64,000 nucleotides of DNA from Gammaproteobacteria bacterium (GCA_003567475.1 PWZL01000101.1:5644-69643), one strand, 5' to 3'. Shown: positions 10,443-25,138, numbered from the stretch's first letter. Numbers and translations are program-made. Notes: generated from the sequence alone by a model not told the origin.

Positions 10443-11213
10443 ATGGGCCGTCTGCGTTATCTGCCGGGATCGCTGCTGTTCACCGGCTGGGTGCTGTTGT
10501 CGTGGATTCCGTTTGCACTGGTGGTGCTGATCGTTGGCGTGTTCTCCCATCGCCGCGCCTTCGCAGTGGCACGACGCTGGTGTCAGACCGTGCTGACGCT
10601 GGGACGCTGGCTGTGTGGCATCCGGTGCGAGGTGCAGGGGCTCGAGCATCTGCCTGAACGCAATACGGTGGTGCTGCTGAAGCACAGTTCCGCCTTTGAG
10701 ACGTTGGCGGAGCTGTGTTTTTTTCCGCCGCAATGCTGGGTTCTCAAGCGTGAGCTCATGTGGATTCCGGTGTTCGGCTGGGCGCTCAAGGGGCTGAAAC
10801 CCATCGCGATCGACCGCCGGGCGGGGCGTAGCGCGGTCGACCAGGTGGTGCGCCAGGGGACGGAGCGGCTGCGGGACGGTCTGTGGGTCATGATATTTCC
10901 GGAAGGGACACGCACGGCGCTGGGGCAAACCCGGCGCTACGGAATGAGCGGTGTGCTGCTCGCTCAGGCTAATGGTCTGCCGGTGGTCCCGGTGGCCCAC
11001 AATGCCGGAGCGGTGTGGCCGAGACGCGGATTGATCAAGCGTCCCGGGACGGTCCGCATGCTGATCGGTCCGCCGATCGAGACCGCTGGACGGGATCCCC
11101 GCGCGGTGACGGCCGAGGTGCAGGACTGGATCGAGAGCCGGGTCGCGGAGCTGACAGGTCTCCCCAAGGCGACGGCGCCGGATCAGCGGCGCTCGAGTCG
11201 GAAGCCAGAATGA
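10443..11213 (+). CDS. 1-acyl-sn-glycerol-3-phosphate (lysophospholipid) acyltransferase family protein
   Basis: N-terminal TM segment, acyltransferase blocks LLKHSSAFET and FPEGTR. Located after glyQS as in many gammaproteobacteria. Confidence 0.8.
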   Translation: MGRLRYLPGSLLFTGWVLLSWIPFALVVLIVGVFSHRRAFAVARRWCQTVLTLGRWLCGIRCEVQGLEHLPERNTVVLLKHSSAFETLAELCFFPPQCWVLKRELMWIPVFGWALKGLKPIAIDRRAGRSAVDQVVRQGTERLRDGLWVMIFPEGTRTALGQTRRYGMSGVLLAQANGLPVVPVAHNAGAVWPRRGLIKRPGTVRMLIGPPIETAGRDPRAVTAEVQDWIESRVAELTGLPKATAPDQRRSSRKPE

Positions 11214-12127
11214 TGATCCAGTGACAGGGCGTCGAGCATCCTCTCGGCCGAGGGGTCCGCGGCCAAAGTCGCCCGCAGAAACAGCGTGGTCAGGCGGTTG
11301 ACGGTCGCCAGCCCGGCGCGATCAGGCGGGGTGTCGGGCAGTGGGCGGCCGATCAGGCCCCCCAGGTAATGATCACCGTCAGCGATCACCAGCGCATGGC
11401 CACGGGCTGAGCGCGGCAGGTCATAGGCCCCCAGTCGCCAATGCCAGGGCCGTTCAACCCCATCGCCGGTCAGGCCCGGATCCGCCGTGCCGGCGACCGC
11501 AAACACCGGTAATTGGAGCGCCTGCCATCCCGCATCATCGAGTAGGGGCAGGCGGCCAACACCGTGCAGGCTGACGAGGGCCCGCAGGCCTGGCAGCCCG
11601 TCATGACGCAGCTCACCCGTATCGAAGTCCCGCCAGGGCAGGCCGGCGACGATGGCAGCGATCATCACGCCCAGAGAATGCCCGGCGACGGCCCGCCGGT
11701 CGGCATCGAGTCGACCCGACAAGCCGGCGGTAGTGGCCAGCGATTCAAGGTCGGTGAGCAGCCAGCCGACCTCCTCGACGCGGGTGCTCAGCATCCGTCC
11801 GGCGTCTGCCGGGGTCAGTCCGAGCGCGAGCGACTCCGAGTCGATGTGCGTGGGCGCGACGACCGCCAGGCCCCCGGAAGCCCAGGCATCGAGGACCGGA
11901 GCGTAGAGCTCTGCAGACGAGTTGGCGCCATGCGAGAACACCACCACCGGCCACGGCCCGTCGCCGACCGGCAGCGCAATCCGCAGGGGCATGCGCCGGG
12001 TCTGGCCCGGTGGCGTCAATGCCACGCGATGGATCTCCACCGCGAGGCTGGACGGGTCCTCGGCTGCCAACGCCAGCGGGCCCGGTGGCAGCACCAGGCC
12101 CGCGGCGAGCAGCAGTGCCTTCAGCAT
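11183..12127 (-). CDS. Secreted alpha/beta-fold hydrolase (dienelactone-hydrolase / PAF-acetylhydrolase-like)
   Basis: Signal peptide MLKALLLAAGLVLPPGPLALAAE, VVVFSHGANSS, nucleophile elbow GHSLG. Its ATG at 12127 shares one base with the upstream gene's TGA (TGATG). Confidence 0.7.
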   Translation of the reverse strand: MLKALLLAAGLVLPPGPLALAAEDPSSLAVEIHRVALTPPGQTRRMPLRIALPVGDGPWPVVVFSHGANSSAELYAPVLDAWASGGLAVVAPTHIDSESLALGLTPADAGRMLSTRVEEVGWLLTDLESLATTAGLSGRLDADRRAVAGHSLGVMIAAIVAGLPWRDFDTGELRHDGLPGLRALVSLHGVGRLPLLDDAGWQALQLPVFAVAGTADPGLTGDGVERPWHWRLGAYDLPRSARGHALVIADGDHYLGGLIGRPLPDTPPDRAGLATVNRLTTLFLRATLAADPSAERMLDALSLDHHSGFRLERR

Positions 12128-13125
12128 CACTCCCCGTTGTCGGGGGGTGCTTCCCGCGGCGGCGCCGGGGTTTCGGTCAGGGCAAAGTTCTCGAGACTGG
12201 AGAGCGAAGGACCGTAGTCCTCGAATGGCGCCTCCAGCCACTTCGGATCCATCGCCTCGGCGCGGGCCAGGACATCCTCCGGAATCAGGTCAAAGGAATT
12301 GAACGCGCCCATGTCACACATGTACATGACATGACCCGGAGCCTGGTCCATCAGCATCCACGGCAACCAGGGCGTGACCCGATTCCAGGCACCAAAGTAA
12401 TCGATCGAGTTGCGGTCCGGGTCGGCCAGCTTGTCCTTGTCGATGATGTAACGGAACAGCTCGGACACCCGAGTCATCGGGCCCGGGGACTCGCGCGGCC
12501 ACTCAGCGGGCTGGAGGGCGCTGGGGTAGAAAAGGTGAATATCGGTGGTGAGCAGCACCTTGTCGCCCATTTCCCGCCACGGGAGGATCAGCGGGATCGG
12601 TGGCAGCTCGACCGGGTTGAGGCCGCCATAGTCGGGCGGCTGCGGTACGAACTGGCTGATCGTGAAATTGAAGGGGTCATTGGCGACCGGAACAACCCGG
12701 ACCGTCTCGCCGGTATAGACGTTCTTCCATTCGTCGAGCAGCTCACCCGTGCGCAGATCGCGATAGAACCCGACCTCCCGCAGAAGCTTACGCCAGCTGC
12801 CGTCTTCCTGATGGATCAGGCGTGAGACCGAGAAGCCCTCGAAACCGAACAACTCGCGGAGCGGCTCGCCATCGCGAACCCCCATCACCTTGCCGGCGTA
12901 CCAACCAATTTTTTGTTCGTCGAAGTCCAGGTTGCCCTGCAAGCGGGCGAAGGCGTCGCGGTTCCATAACGGATCGCGGAAGGGCAGCGAGGCACCGCCG
13001 GTCGGGCCGCCGTCGGGCGCAAGAATGACAGACGAGGCAAGCGCCGAGGGCGCCATCAGCGCGGCGGCGCCGCCGGCGCTCAGACGCAGTGCGTCGCGAC
13101 GGTTGAGACGAATGGATCTGGTCAT
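12127..13125 (-). CDS. Tat-exported protein of unknown function (DUF1838-like)
   Basis: Twin-arginine signal MTRSIRLNRRDALRLSAGGAAALMAPSALA. ATG at 13125 follows AGGGGA. The family assignment is from memory of DUF1838 features and is unverified. Confidence 0.6.
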   Translation of the reverse strand: MTRSIRLNRRDALRLSAGGAAALMAPSALASSVILAPDGGPTGGASLPFRDPLWNRDAFARLQGNLDFDEQKIGWYAGKVMGVRDGEPLRELFGFEGFSVSRLIHQEDGSWRKLLREVGFYRDLRTGELLDEWKNVYTGETVRVVPVANDPFNFTISQFVPQPPDYGGLNPVELPPIPLILPWREMGDKVLLTTDIHLFYPSALQPAEWPRESPGPMTRVSELFRYIIDKDKLADPDRNSIDYFGAWNRVTPWLPWMLMDQAPGHVMYMCDMGAFNSFDLIPEDVLARAEAMDPKWLEAPFEDYGPSLSSLENFALTETPAPPREAPPDNGE

Positions 13126-13330
13126 CGAATTCCCCTGTGTGCTCGGGCATCGGCCGCCGGTGGCCGCCCCCAAGCCTCGACCTTACCCCTAAGGCACGCT
13201 CCGCATCAGCCGGCGGAAGTGGCCGTGATCACCTGACGAACAGGCAAGCAGTCTTTGAGAGCACCAGTGGCTCAGCCTCGGGCGAGCTGCGCGTGTCGGC
13301 AGCCGTTTGCGGTATCCGACGCGGTTGGGG

Positions 13331-16916
<3,586 letters not shown>

Positions 16917-16925
16917 TCGGCCGCC

Positions 16926-18023
16926 CTAAAGTCGCATCGGCATGACAACGAACTTCGTCGTCTGTGAATCCGGTGAATGGATCAGGCAACTTGAACTGCT
17001 GTCGGCCAGGCCCACCTGCACCCGCTCCCCATCCGTCGCCCCGAGGGCGTCGAGCAGGTAGTTGACGTTGAAGCCGACTTCCATCGACTGCCCCCGGTAG
17101 TCCACGCCCACCTGCTCCTCAGCCTCTTCCTGCTCGGGATTATGGGCCTGGATGACCAGCGTTTCCGGCTGGAGGCTGAGCCGTATCCCCCGGTATTTTT
17201 CGTTCGACAGAATCGCCGTGCGTTGCAGCGCCTGCCGGAGCTCATCGCGGGTCGCCAACAGGCGATTATCCGGATCCTTCGGAATAACGCGTCCATACTC
17301 CGGAAAACGCCCATCGATCAGCTTCGATGTGAAGCGAATTCCGTCGATCTCCACCCTGACATGACTGCTGCCGATCGTCAGGTCCAGGTCGCCGTCGCCG
17401 TCCAGCAGGCGTTGCAGTTCCAACACCCCCTTGCGCGGGACAATCACCTGCTGGGCGTCTCCGGCAGCGACATCCAACGCCACCTCACACAGCGCCAGGC
17501 GGTGACCGTCCGTGGCCACCGCCCGCAACGTGTTGCCATCGACCTCGAGCAGCATGCCGTTGAGGTAGTAGCGAACGTCCTGTTGTGCCATTGCGAAGTG
17601 GGTTTTCTCCAGCAGTCGCCTGACACGATCCTGGGACACTTTCAGCCGCTGTTTCCCCTTGACCTCCTCGATCACGGGAAACTCGCCCGCAGGCAACGTG
17701 GACAGACTGAACCGACTTCGGCCGGAGCGCACGCCCAACTTGTCACCCGTCACCTCGAGGCGCACTTCCGCGCTCTCGGGCAACGCCCGGCAAATATCCA
17801 GAAGCTTTCTCCCGGGTACCGTGATTTCCCCTTCGGCTTCAATCTCGAGCGGTGTGCTGGCGACCAGCTCCACCTCGAGATCCGTCGCTGTGACCTCCAG
17901 CCGTCCGCCCTGCGCCCTGATCATCACATTGGCGAGGATTGGCATGGTCTGACGACGCTCCACCACGCCGATAACGGCCTGCACAGGCTTCAGCAGCGTT
18001 TCTCTTTGGACGGTCAACTTCAT
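16926..18023 (-). CDS. dnaN: DNA polymerase III beta sliding clamp
   Basis: MKLTVQRETLLKPVQAVIGVVERRQTMPILANVMI is a typical DnaN N-terminus. 365 aa, between dnaA and recF. Confidence 0.97.
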   Translation of the reverse strand: MKLTVQRETLLKPVQAVIGVVERRQTMPILANVMIRAQGGRLEVTATDLEVELVASTPLEIEAEGEITVPGRKLLDICRALPESAEVRLEVTGDKLGVRSGRSRFSLSTLPAGEFPVIEEVKGKQRLKVSQDRVRRLLEKTHFAMAQQDVRYYLNGMLLEVDGNTLRAVATDGHRLALCEVALDVAAGDAQQVIVPRKGVLELQRLLDGDGDLDLTIGSSHVRVEIDGIRFTSKLIDGRFPEYGRVIPKDPDNRLLATRDELRQALQRTAILSNEKYRGIRLSLQPETLVIQAHNPEQEEAEEQVGVDYRGQSMEVGFNVNYLLDALGATDGERVQVGLADSSSSCLIHSPDSQTTKFVVMPMRL

Positions 18024-18234
18024 CGTGTCACCCGGTATGAATAAAAATGTTTATAGGATTTATTTTCTATAGTTATTAGGCCACGCCATCACTGTGGATT
18101 ATTCGATTTTTACCATCAAATACAGTCTTCTGCGCTTCATGGTCGACGGTATATCAGAGCCCATGCACGTTTGATCCCCTGTGGATAAGCTGTTCATCGA
18201 AACGGTGGTTCGAATTATCCACAGCTTCTCCACC
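18024..18234. other. Candidate chromosomal replication origin (oriC) / dnaN promoter region
   Basis: A 44-bp tract (18037-18080) has only 8 G/C (about 18 %) in an otherwise ~66 % GC window. DnaA boxes: TGTGGATTA (18093-18101, 1 mismatch), TGTGGATAA (18180-18188, perfect) and TTATCCACA (18215-18223, perfect). Confidence 0.5.
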
Positions 18235-19569
18235 TCAGCCGGTCAGGGTTCTCAACAGGTTTTGATAATCTTCGCTTACTCGCCCGTCAGTTTCACGTAA
18301 CTCTTTGACTTTACGGCAGCCATGCAACACGGTGGTGTGATCACGACCGCCGAAGGCGTCGCCGATCTCAGGCAGGCTGTGCCGCGTCAGTTCCTTGGCA
18401 AGCGCCATCGCGATCTGCCTTGGCCGGGTGATGGATCGGCTCCGGCGTTTCGACAGCAGATCCGCCACCCGGATCTTGAAATATTCAGCCACCGTCTTCT
18501 GGATGTTCTCGATGGTGACCAGCCGGTCCTGCAAGGCCAGCAAGTCGCGCAACGCCTCCTTGGTGAAGTCCAGGGTGACCGGGCGACCGGTGAATTTCGA
18601 GTTGGCGATGACCCGGCGCAGCGCGCCTTCGAGTTCCCTGACATTCGAGCGGATGCGCTGGGCGATGAAGAAGGCGACCTCGTCGGGCACGGGATAGCCT
18701 TCCGCCTGGGCCTTGGATTTGAGAATGGCGACGCTGGTCTCAAGTTCCGGCGGCTCAATCGCCACCGTCAACCCCCAGCCAAACCGCGACTTCAGCCGCT
18801 CCTCGAGTCCGTCGACCTCTTTGGGATAGCGATCGCAGGTCAGGATGATTTGCCGTTGACCTTCGAGCAAGGCATTGAACGTGTGGAAAAACTCTTCCTG
18901 GGACCGCTCTTTGCCGGCAAAAAACTGAATGTCGTCGATCAACAGCGCATCCAGCGAGCGATAGGCCCGTTTGAACTCGCTGATTGTGTTGTGCTGCAAG
19001 CCTTTGACCATGTCTCCGACAAAGCGCTCGGAATGCACGTAGGCGATGCGTGCCGACGGATCGTGGTCCAGCATCGCGTTGCCGACGCTATGCATCAGGT
19101 GGGTCTTGCCCAGCCCCACCCCCCCGTAGATGAACAGCGGGTTGTACGCCCGGCCAGGGTTCTCGGCGATCTGGCTGGCCGCCGCGCGCGCGAGCTGATT
19201 GCTCTTGCCCTCGACGAAATTGGTGAACGTGAAGCTCGGGTTGAGACGGCTGCCCAGCATCGCCGGCTGCCGTGACGGCAACGGGGTCTGCTCCGCCGCC
19301 GTCACCCCGGGCAGTGGCGGCGCCGCGCGCGTGCCAACTTCAATGATGATTCGCGCGTGCTCGCCGCCCGGCAGTGTCGCCGCCACTTCGCGGATCCGCC
19401 CCGCGAGATGCTGCTCCAGCCAGTCGACCACGAACCTGTTCGGCGCCAGCAGCCGCAGCTCTTCGCTGGACTCTACCGCCTGCAGGGGGCGGATCCAGGT
19501 GTTCACCTGCTGCTCGGGCAATTCCGCCTCGAGCTGCCGTACACACCGTGTCCACAGTGACGCCTGCAC
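18235..19569 (-). CDS. dnaA: Chromosomal replication initiator protein DnaA
   Basis: [26 protein letters not shown], Walker [11 protein letters not shown], and the C-terminal DnaA signature [10 protein letters not shown] at 19569 follows AAGGGGG (444 aa); the track start at 19623 is a TTG without an RBS. Confidence 0.95.
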   Translation of the reverse strand: MQASLWTRCVRQLEAELPEQQVNTWIRPLQAVESSEELRLLAPNRFVVDWLEQHLAGRIREVAATLPGGEHARIIIEVGTRAAPPLPGVTAAEQTPLPSRQPAMLGSRLNPSFTFTNFVEGKSNQLARAAASQIAENPGRAYNPLFIYGGVGLGKTHLMHSVGNAMLDHDPSARIAYVHSERFVGDMVKGLQHNTISEFKRAYRSLDALLIDDIQFFAGKERSQEEFFHTFNALLEGQRQIILTCDRYPKEVDGLEERLKSRFGWGLTVAIEPPELETSVAILKSKAQAEGYPVPDEVAFFIAQRIRSNVRELEGALRRVIANSKFTGRPVTLDFTKEALRDLLALQDRLVTIENIQKTVAEYFKIRVADLLSKRRSRSITRPRQIAMALAKELTRHSLPEIGDAFGGRDHTTVLHGCRKVKELRETDGRVSEDYQNLLRTLTG

Positions 19570-19644
19570 TTCGCCCCCTTGATGATCGTGCGTTGGCACG
19601 CGGCACGCGCTGCCGGGCCGCAAGTCTACCCCCGCGCCGAAAAG

Positions 19645-19653
19645 TTATCCACA
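19645..19653. promoter_or_regulatory. Perfect DnaA box upstream of dnaA
   Basis: TTATCCACA lies about 75 nt upstream of the proposed dnaA start, in the dnaA/rpmH divergent region. Confidence 0.5.
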
Positions 19654-19674
19654 GACCCCCACCGCGGGCATGGC

Positions 19675-19704
19675 TTGACTTGGGGCGCCTGTCCCCAGTA
19701 CGAT
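19675..19704 (+). promoter_or_regulatory. Candidate sigma70 promoter of rpmH-rnpA-yidC
   Basis: TTGACT-N18-TACGAT, about 70 nt upstream of the rpmH ATG. Confidence 0.35.
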
Positions 19705-19772
19705 TTCCGGCTCGAAAATTCCAGCCCAAATGCCTGGTTTGCGGGCATTTCCGACCACGGACGCGTTGACTC

Positions 19773-19907
19773 ATGAAACGGACCTACCAGCCCGGCAAAC
19801 AGCGCCGCGCACGGACCCACGGCTTCCGGGCTCGCATGGCGACCAAAAATGGCCGAAAGGTCATCAATCGGCGTCGGGCGAAAGGCCGTAAGCGACTGAC
19901 ACCCTGA
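19773..19907 (+). CDS. rpmH: 50S ribosomal protein L34
   Basis: My own translation: [44 protein letters not shown] (44 aa). It is too short for the ORF track. Canonical L34. Confidence 0.96.
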   Translation: MKRTYQPGKQRRARTHGFRARMATKNGRKVINRRRAKGRKRLTP

Positions 19908-19954
19908 GCGATTGCGCTGCGGGCAAGGGCTCCGTCCGGCCAGCGGCCGCGTCA

Positions 19955-20353
19955 GTGGCTTCCAATGACGCAGTCGAAAACCGTTCGTGCCCTTTTCCCA
20001 GGCGCTACAGGCTGCTCACAGGGGCCGATTACGCGCGAGTTTTCGCTGGAGCCCGACGCCACGGTCGGCGCAGCATCACTGTTCTCGTCCGAGCCAACAC
20101 GGTAGGCTTTGCGCGGCTCGGTCTGGCGGTGTCGCGTAAATCGGCTAAACGCGCGGTCGATCGCAATCGCATCAAGCGCCTCGTCCGGGAGTCGTTCCGG
20201 CAGGCGCAGGCGCGCCTGCCGGCAGTAGACATCGTGGTACTCACGCGACCGGGGATTACGGCCTATCAGGCTCCGGAGCTCCGTCGGGCGCTTGACGAAC
20301 TCTGGAACGAAACCCACCGACGGGGCAGGGAAGACAGCAGCAGACATGGATAA
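19955..20353 (+). CDS. rnpA: Ribonuclease P protein component
   Basis: FPRRYRLLTGADYARVF ... KRAVDRNRIKRLVRESFR (RNR motif). GTG start, follows rpmH. Confidence 0.9.
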   Translation: MASNDAVENRSCPFPRRYRLLTGADYARVFAGARRHGRRSITVLVRANTVGFARLGLAVSRKSAKRAVDRNRIKRLVRESFRQAQARLPAVDIVVLTRPGITAYQAPELRRALDELWNETHRRGREDSSRHG

Positions 20354-22007
20354 CCAGCGGCTTTTTCTCTGGCTAGGCCTGGCCATCATTCTGTGGATCA
20401 CCTGGCGGACCTGGGTCGAGGACTACGGGCCTCAGCAGCCCCAGCCCACCGCGGTGGAAGAGGCCGCCGAGGCCCCGGTGCGTGCCCCCGAGGACCCGGA
20501 TCTGCCCGCCTTGGCCGACACCGACCTGCCGGCCCTCTCTGCCGGCGCGCCGGCTGTCGAGGAGTCCCTGGACACCGGTGCGTTGGTCCGGGTGGTGACC
20601 GACGTCCTCGACATCGACATCGGGCTGCGCGGCGGGGATCTCGTTCGCGCCGATCTACCGCGCTATCCGCTGCGCAAGGATCAGCCGGACATCCCGATCC
20701 GCCTGCTCAGTGCCGAGCCCGAGCGGCGTTTCGTCTTCCAGACCGGCCTGCGTCGGCTTGGCGACGGCCCCGAGCCCAACCACCTCGCCCAGTTCGAGGC
20801 GGATCGCACGGAATACCGCCTGGCGCCGGGCCAGAACGAGCTTACCGTCATCCTGCGCTGGCAGAACGGTGAAGGCCTCCGCGGCTACAAGATCTACACG
20901 TTTCGGCGTGGCCAGTACCGGGTGGACCTCGAACAGCGACTGGTCAACGAGAGCAATGAGCCCTGGGCCGGCGCCCCTTATCTCCAGCTGCAGCGCCGCC
21001 ATGTCCCGCCGGGCCGTTCGCTGTTCTCGGTCGAATCCTACTCGTTCACCGGGCCCGTGCTGTTCAACGGCCGCGCCTACGACAAGCTGAACGTCTCCGA
21101 TCTGCACAGTGGGCCGGTCACCCAGGCGGTCGAGAATGGCTGGATGGCGGCCATTCAACATCATTTTCTTGCTGCGGCCGTGCCAACGCCTGGGGTGCTG
21201 GTCAACTACCGGGCCAGTGCCCGGGATGGCGTGTTTACGGTCTCCGCCGTGGAACCGATCACCCAGGTCGCTCCGGGGACCACGGCCAGCTTCAACAACC
21301 GCCTGTTTGTCGGCCCCAAACTGCAGAGCCAGCTCCGTCAGACCGCCGACGGGCTGCACAAGACCGTCGACTACGGCGTCCTGACCCTCCTGTCCGAACC
21401 GCTGTTCTGGCTGATCGATCGGACCCACGATGTCGTGCAGAACTGGGGTCTGGCCATCATTCTGGTCACCCTGCTGATCAAGCTGGCCTTCTGGAAGCTG
21501 ACGGCGCTCAGCGGGCGCTCGATGGCGAAGATGCGCAAGCTGCAGCCCCGTCTCAAGGCCCTGCAGGAACGCTACAAGGACGACCGTCAGGCGCTGTCAA
21601 AAGCGATGATGGATCTGTACAAGCGCGAGAAGGTGAACCCGGCGGCCGGCTGTCTGCCGATCCTGATCCAGATGCCGTTCTTCTTCGCCTTCTACTGGGT
21701 GCTGCTGGAGAGCGTCGAAATGCGCCAGGCGCCCTTCGCGCTCTGGATCACCGACCTGTCCTCACGCGACCCGTTCTTTATCCTGCCGCTGATGATGGGC
21801 GCGGCGATGTGGTTCCAGCAGCGGCTGAATCCGGCGCCGCCGGACCCCATCCAGGCCAAGATCATGCAGGTGCTGCCGATCATCTTCACGGTCTTCTTCG
21901 CCTTCTTCCCGGCGGGACTGGTGCTGTACTGGCTGACCAATACCGTGCTCTCGGCCCTTCAGCAGTGGCGCATCAACCACGTGATCGAGCGCGACGCCAA
22001 GGCCTGA
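20346..22007 (+). CDS. yidC: Membrane protein insertase YidC
   Basis: MDNQRLFLWLGLAIILWITW N-terminus, large periplasmic domain, C-terminal conserved CLPILIQMPFFFAFY. The ATG at 20346 overlaps the rnpA stop by 8 nt. Confidence 0.95.
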   Translation: MDNQRLFLWLGLAIILWITWRTWVEDYGPQQPQPTAVEEAAEAPVRAPEDPDLPALADTDLPALSAGAPAVEESLDTGALVRVVTDVLDIDIGLRGGDLVRADLPRYPLRKDQPDIPIRLLSAEPERRFVFQTGLRRLGDGPEPNHLAQFEADRTEYRLAPGQNELTVILRWQNGEGLRGYKIYTFRRGQYRVDLEQRLVNESNEPWAGAPYLQLQRRHVPPGRSLFSVESYSFTGPVLFNGRAYDKLNVSDLHSGPVTQAVENGWMAAIQHHFLAAAVPTPGVLVNYRASARDGVFTVSAVEPITQVAPGTTASFNNRLFVGPKLQSQLRQTADGLHKTVDYGVLTLLSEPLFWLIDRTHDVVQNWGLAIILVTLLIKLAFWKLTALSGRSMAKMRKLQPRLKALQERYKDDRQALSKAMMDLYKREKVNPAAGCLPILIQMPFFFAFYWVLLESVEMRQAPFALWITDLSSRDPFFILPLMMGAAMWFQQRLNPAPPDPIQAKIMQVLPIIFTVFFAFFPAGLVLYWLTNTVLSALQQWRINHVIERDAKA

Positions 22008-22068
22008 GCGTCGCTCGGCCAGGGACCCTCGCTAAGCCAAGGGATCGGGGATCCGGGGAGGCTGTGTC

Positions 22069-23415
22069 GTGACCGCCGGCCGGGACACCATTACCGCGAT
22101 CGCCACGCCCCCCGGGCGTGGTGGTGTCGCCATCGCGAGGGTGTCCGGACCATCGGCACCGGCCATCGCATGCTCGGTGATCGGTCGTGTGCCGGCGCCG
22201 CGCCGGGCAGTGTTCAGCCGTTTCCTGGACGCCGCAGGCGAACCGCTCGATGAGGGTTTGGTGCTGTATTTCCCGGCACCCGCCTCGTTTACCGGCGAGG
22301 ACGTCGTCGAGTTCCACGGTCATGGCAGCCCGGTCGTCTGCGACCTGTTGCTCGCGCGGCTGCTCGAGCTGGGCGCCCGACTGGCCGAGCCCGGCGAGTT
22401 CTCGCTGCGCGCATTCCTCAACGACCGCATCGATCTCGTCCAGGCCGAAGCGATCGCCGACCTGGTGGCCAGTCGCAGCGCTCAGGCGGCCCGGGCCGCG
22501 CTGCGCGCCCTCGATGGCGACTTCTCGAGGTTGGTACACGCGCTGGTGGCTGAACTGACCCGCGTGCGCGTTTACGTGGAGGCGGCCATCGACTTCCCCG
22601 ACGACGAACTCGACTTCCTCGACGACGCCGCGTTGCGCAACGGGCTTGCCGGCTTGCAGACCCGCTTCGATGCACTCGCTGCGGCGCTGCGCCAGGGCCG
22701 TCTCCTCGCCGAAGGCTTCAGCATCGTGATCGCCGGGCCACCCAACGCCGGCAAGTCCAGCCTGCTGAACGCCCTGGCGGGCAGCGATACCGCCATCGTC
22801 ACGCCGGTGCCCGGCACCACGCGCGACCTCCTGCGCGAGCACATCCTGCTTGGCGGCATGCCGCTGAATCTCATCGATACCGCCGGGCTGCGCGATACCG
22901 CTGATCTCGTTGAACGTGAGGGCGTGCGCCGCGCCCGCGGCGAGCTGGCCCGCGCGGACCATGCGCTGCTCGTGGTCGATGGCAGCACCATCAGCGATGC
23001 GGAGCTGGCAGCGCTGCGTGCCGAGCTACCTGAGGGCCTGCCGCACACCCTGGTACTCAACAAGCACGATCTCGGTCATCCGCCCGGGCTTGCCCCGGAC
23101 CGTCATTCGGCCGTGGCGGTCTCAGCGCTCACCGGCGCCGGCCTCGATGCCCTGCGCGCCGCGCTCATTCAGGCCGCCGGTCTGGCGGAGGACACCACCA
23201 CCACCATCACCGCCCGCCGGCGCCACCTCGACGCCCTGGCCCGTGCGCGCGGGCACCTGGACGAGGGCCTCGAGCAGCTCGAGACCTGGCGTGCCGGTGA
23301 GCTGCTCGCCGAGGAACTGCGTCTGGCCCAGAATGAGCTCGGCACCATTACGGGCATGGTCACCAGTGACGATCTCCTCGGCGAGATCTTTTCGAGTTTC
23401 TGCATCGGCAAATGA
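22069..23415 (+). CDS. mnmE: tRNA modification GTPase MnmE
   Basis: DTITAIATPPGRGGVAIARVSG, G-domain GPPNAGKSSLLN, DTAGLR, and the C-terminal FCIGK motif. Confidence 0.95.
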   Translation: MTAGRDTITAIATPPGRGGVAIARVSGPSAPAIACSVIGRVPAPRRAVFSRFLDAAGEPLDEGLVLYFPAPASFTGEDVVEFHGHGSPVVCDLLLARLLELGARLAEPGEFSLRAFLNDRIDLVQAEAIADLVASRSAQAARAALRALDGDFSRLVHALVAELTRVRVYVEAAIDFPDDELDFLDDAALRNGLAGLQTRFDALAAALRQGRLLAEGFSIVIAGPPNAGKSSLLNALAGSDTAIVTPVPGTTRDLLREHILLGGMPLNLIDTAGLRDTADLVEREGVRRARGELARADHALLVVDGSTISDAELAALRAELPEGLPHTLVLNKHDLGHPPGLAPDRHSAVAVSALTGAGLDALRAALIQAAGLAEDTTTTITARRRHLDALARARGHLDEGLEQLETWRAGELLAEELRLAQNELGTITGMVTSDDLLGEIFSSFCIGK

Positions 23416-23491
23416 CCCCGCGGCGTGTCCTGACGGCGGCCTTCTGGGTTAGCATCCGGCCGGACGATCCGTCTCTCGGGGGAGGGCTGAG

Positions 23492-25126
<1,635 letters not shown>

Positions 25127-25138
25127 GTCCCGCGCCTC

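Noticed and set aside
18204-18220. GGTGGTTCGAATTATCC resembling a tRNA T-loop (GGTTCGAAT)
   Set aside because: The flanking bases cannot form the T-stem (GGTGG versus TATCC). No acceptor, D or anticodon arms could be drawn, so there is no tRNA. It lies within the DnaA-box region.
19570-19623. Track start (TTG at 19623) for dnaA, adding 18 residues
   Set aside because: No RBS, and the extension [18 protein letters not shown] is not DnaA-like. The GTG at 19569 has an AAGGGGG RBS and gives the canonical N-terminus.
20655-21428. 257-aa minus-strand ORF and several 100-350-aa ORFs in alternative frames throughout (e.g. 21973-22962, 31857-32774, 35207-36229, 51388-52356)
   Set aside because: All overlap well-supported conserved genes on the opposite strand or in another frame, and they show the biased composition of out-of-frame high-GC translation.
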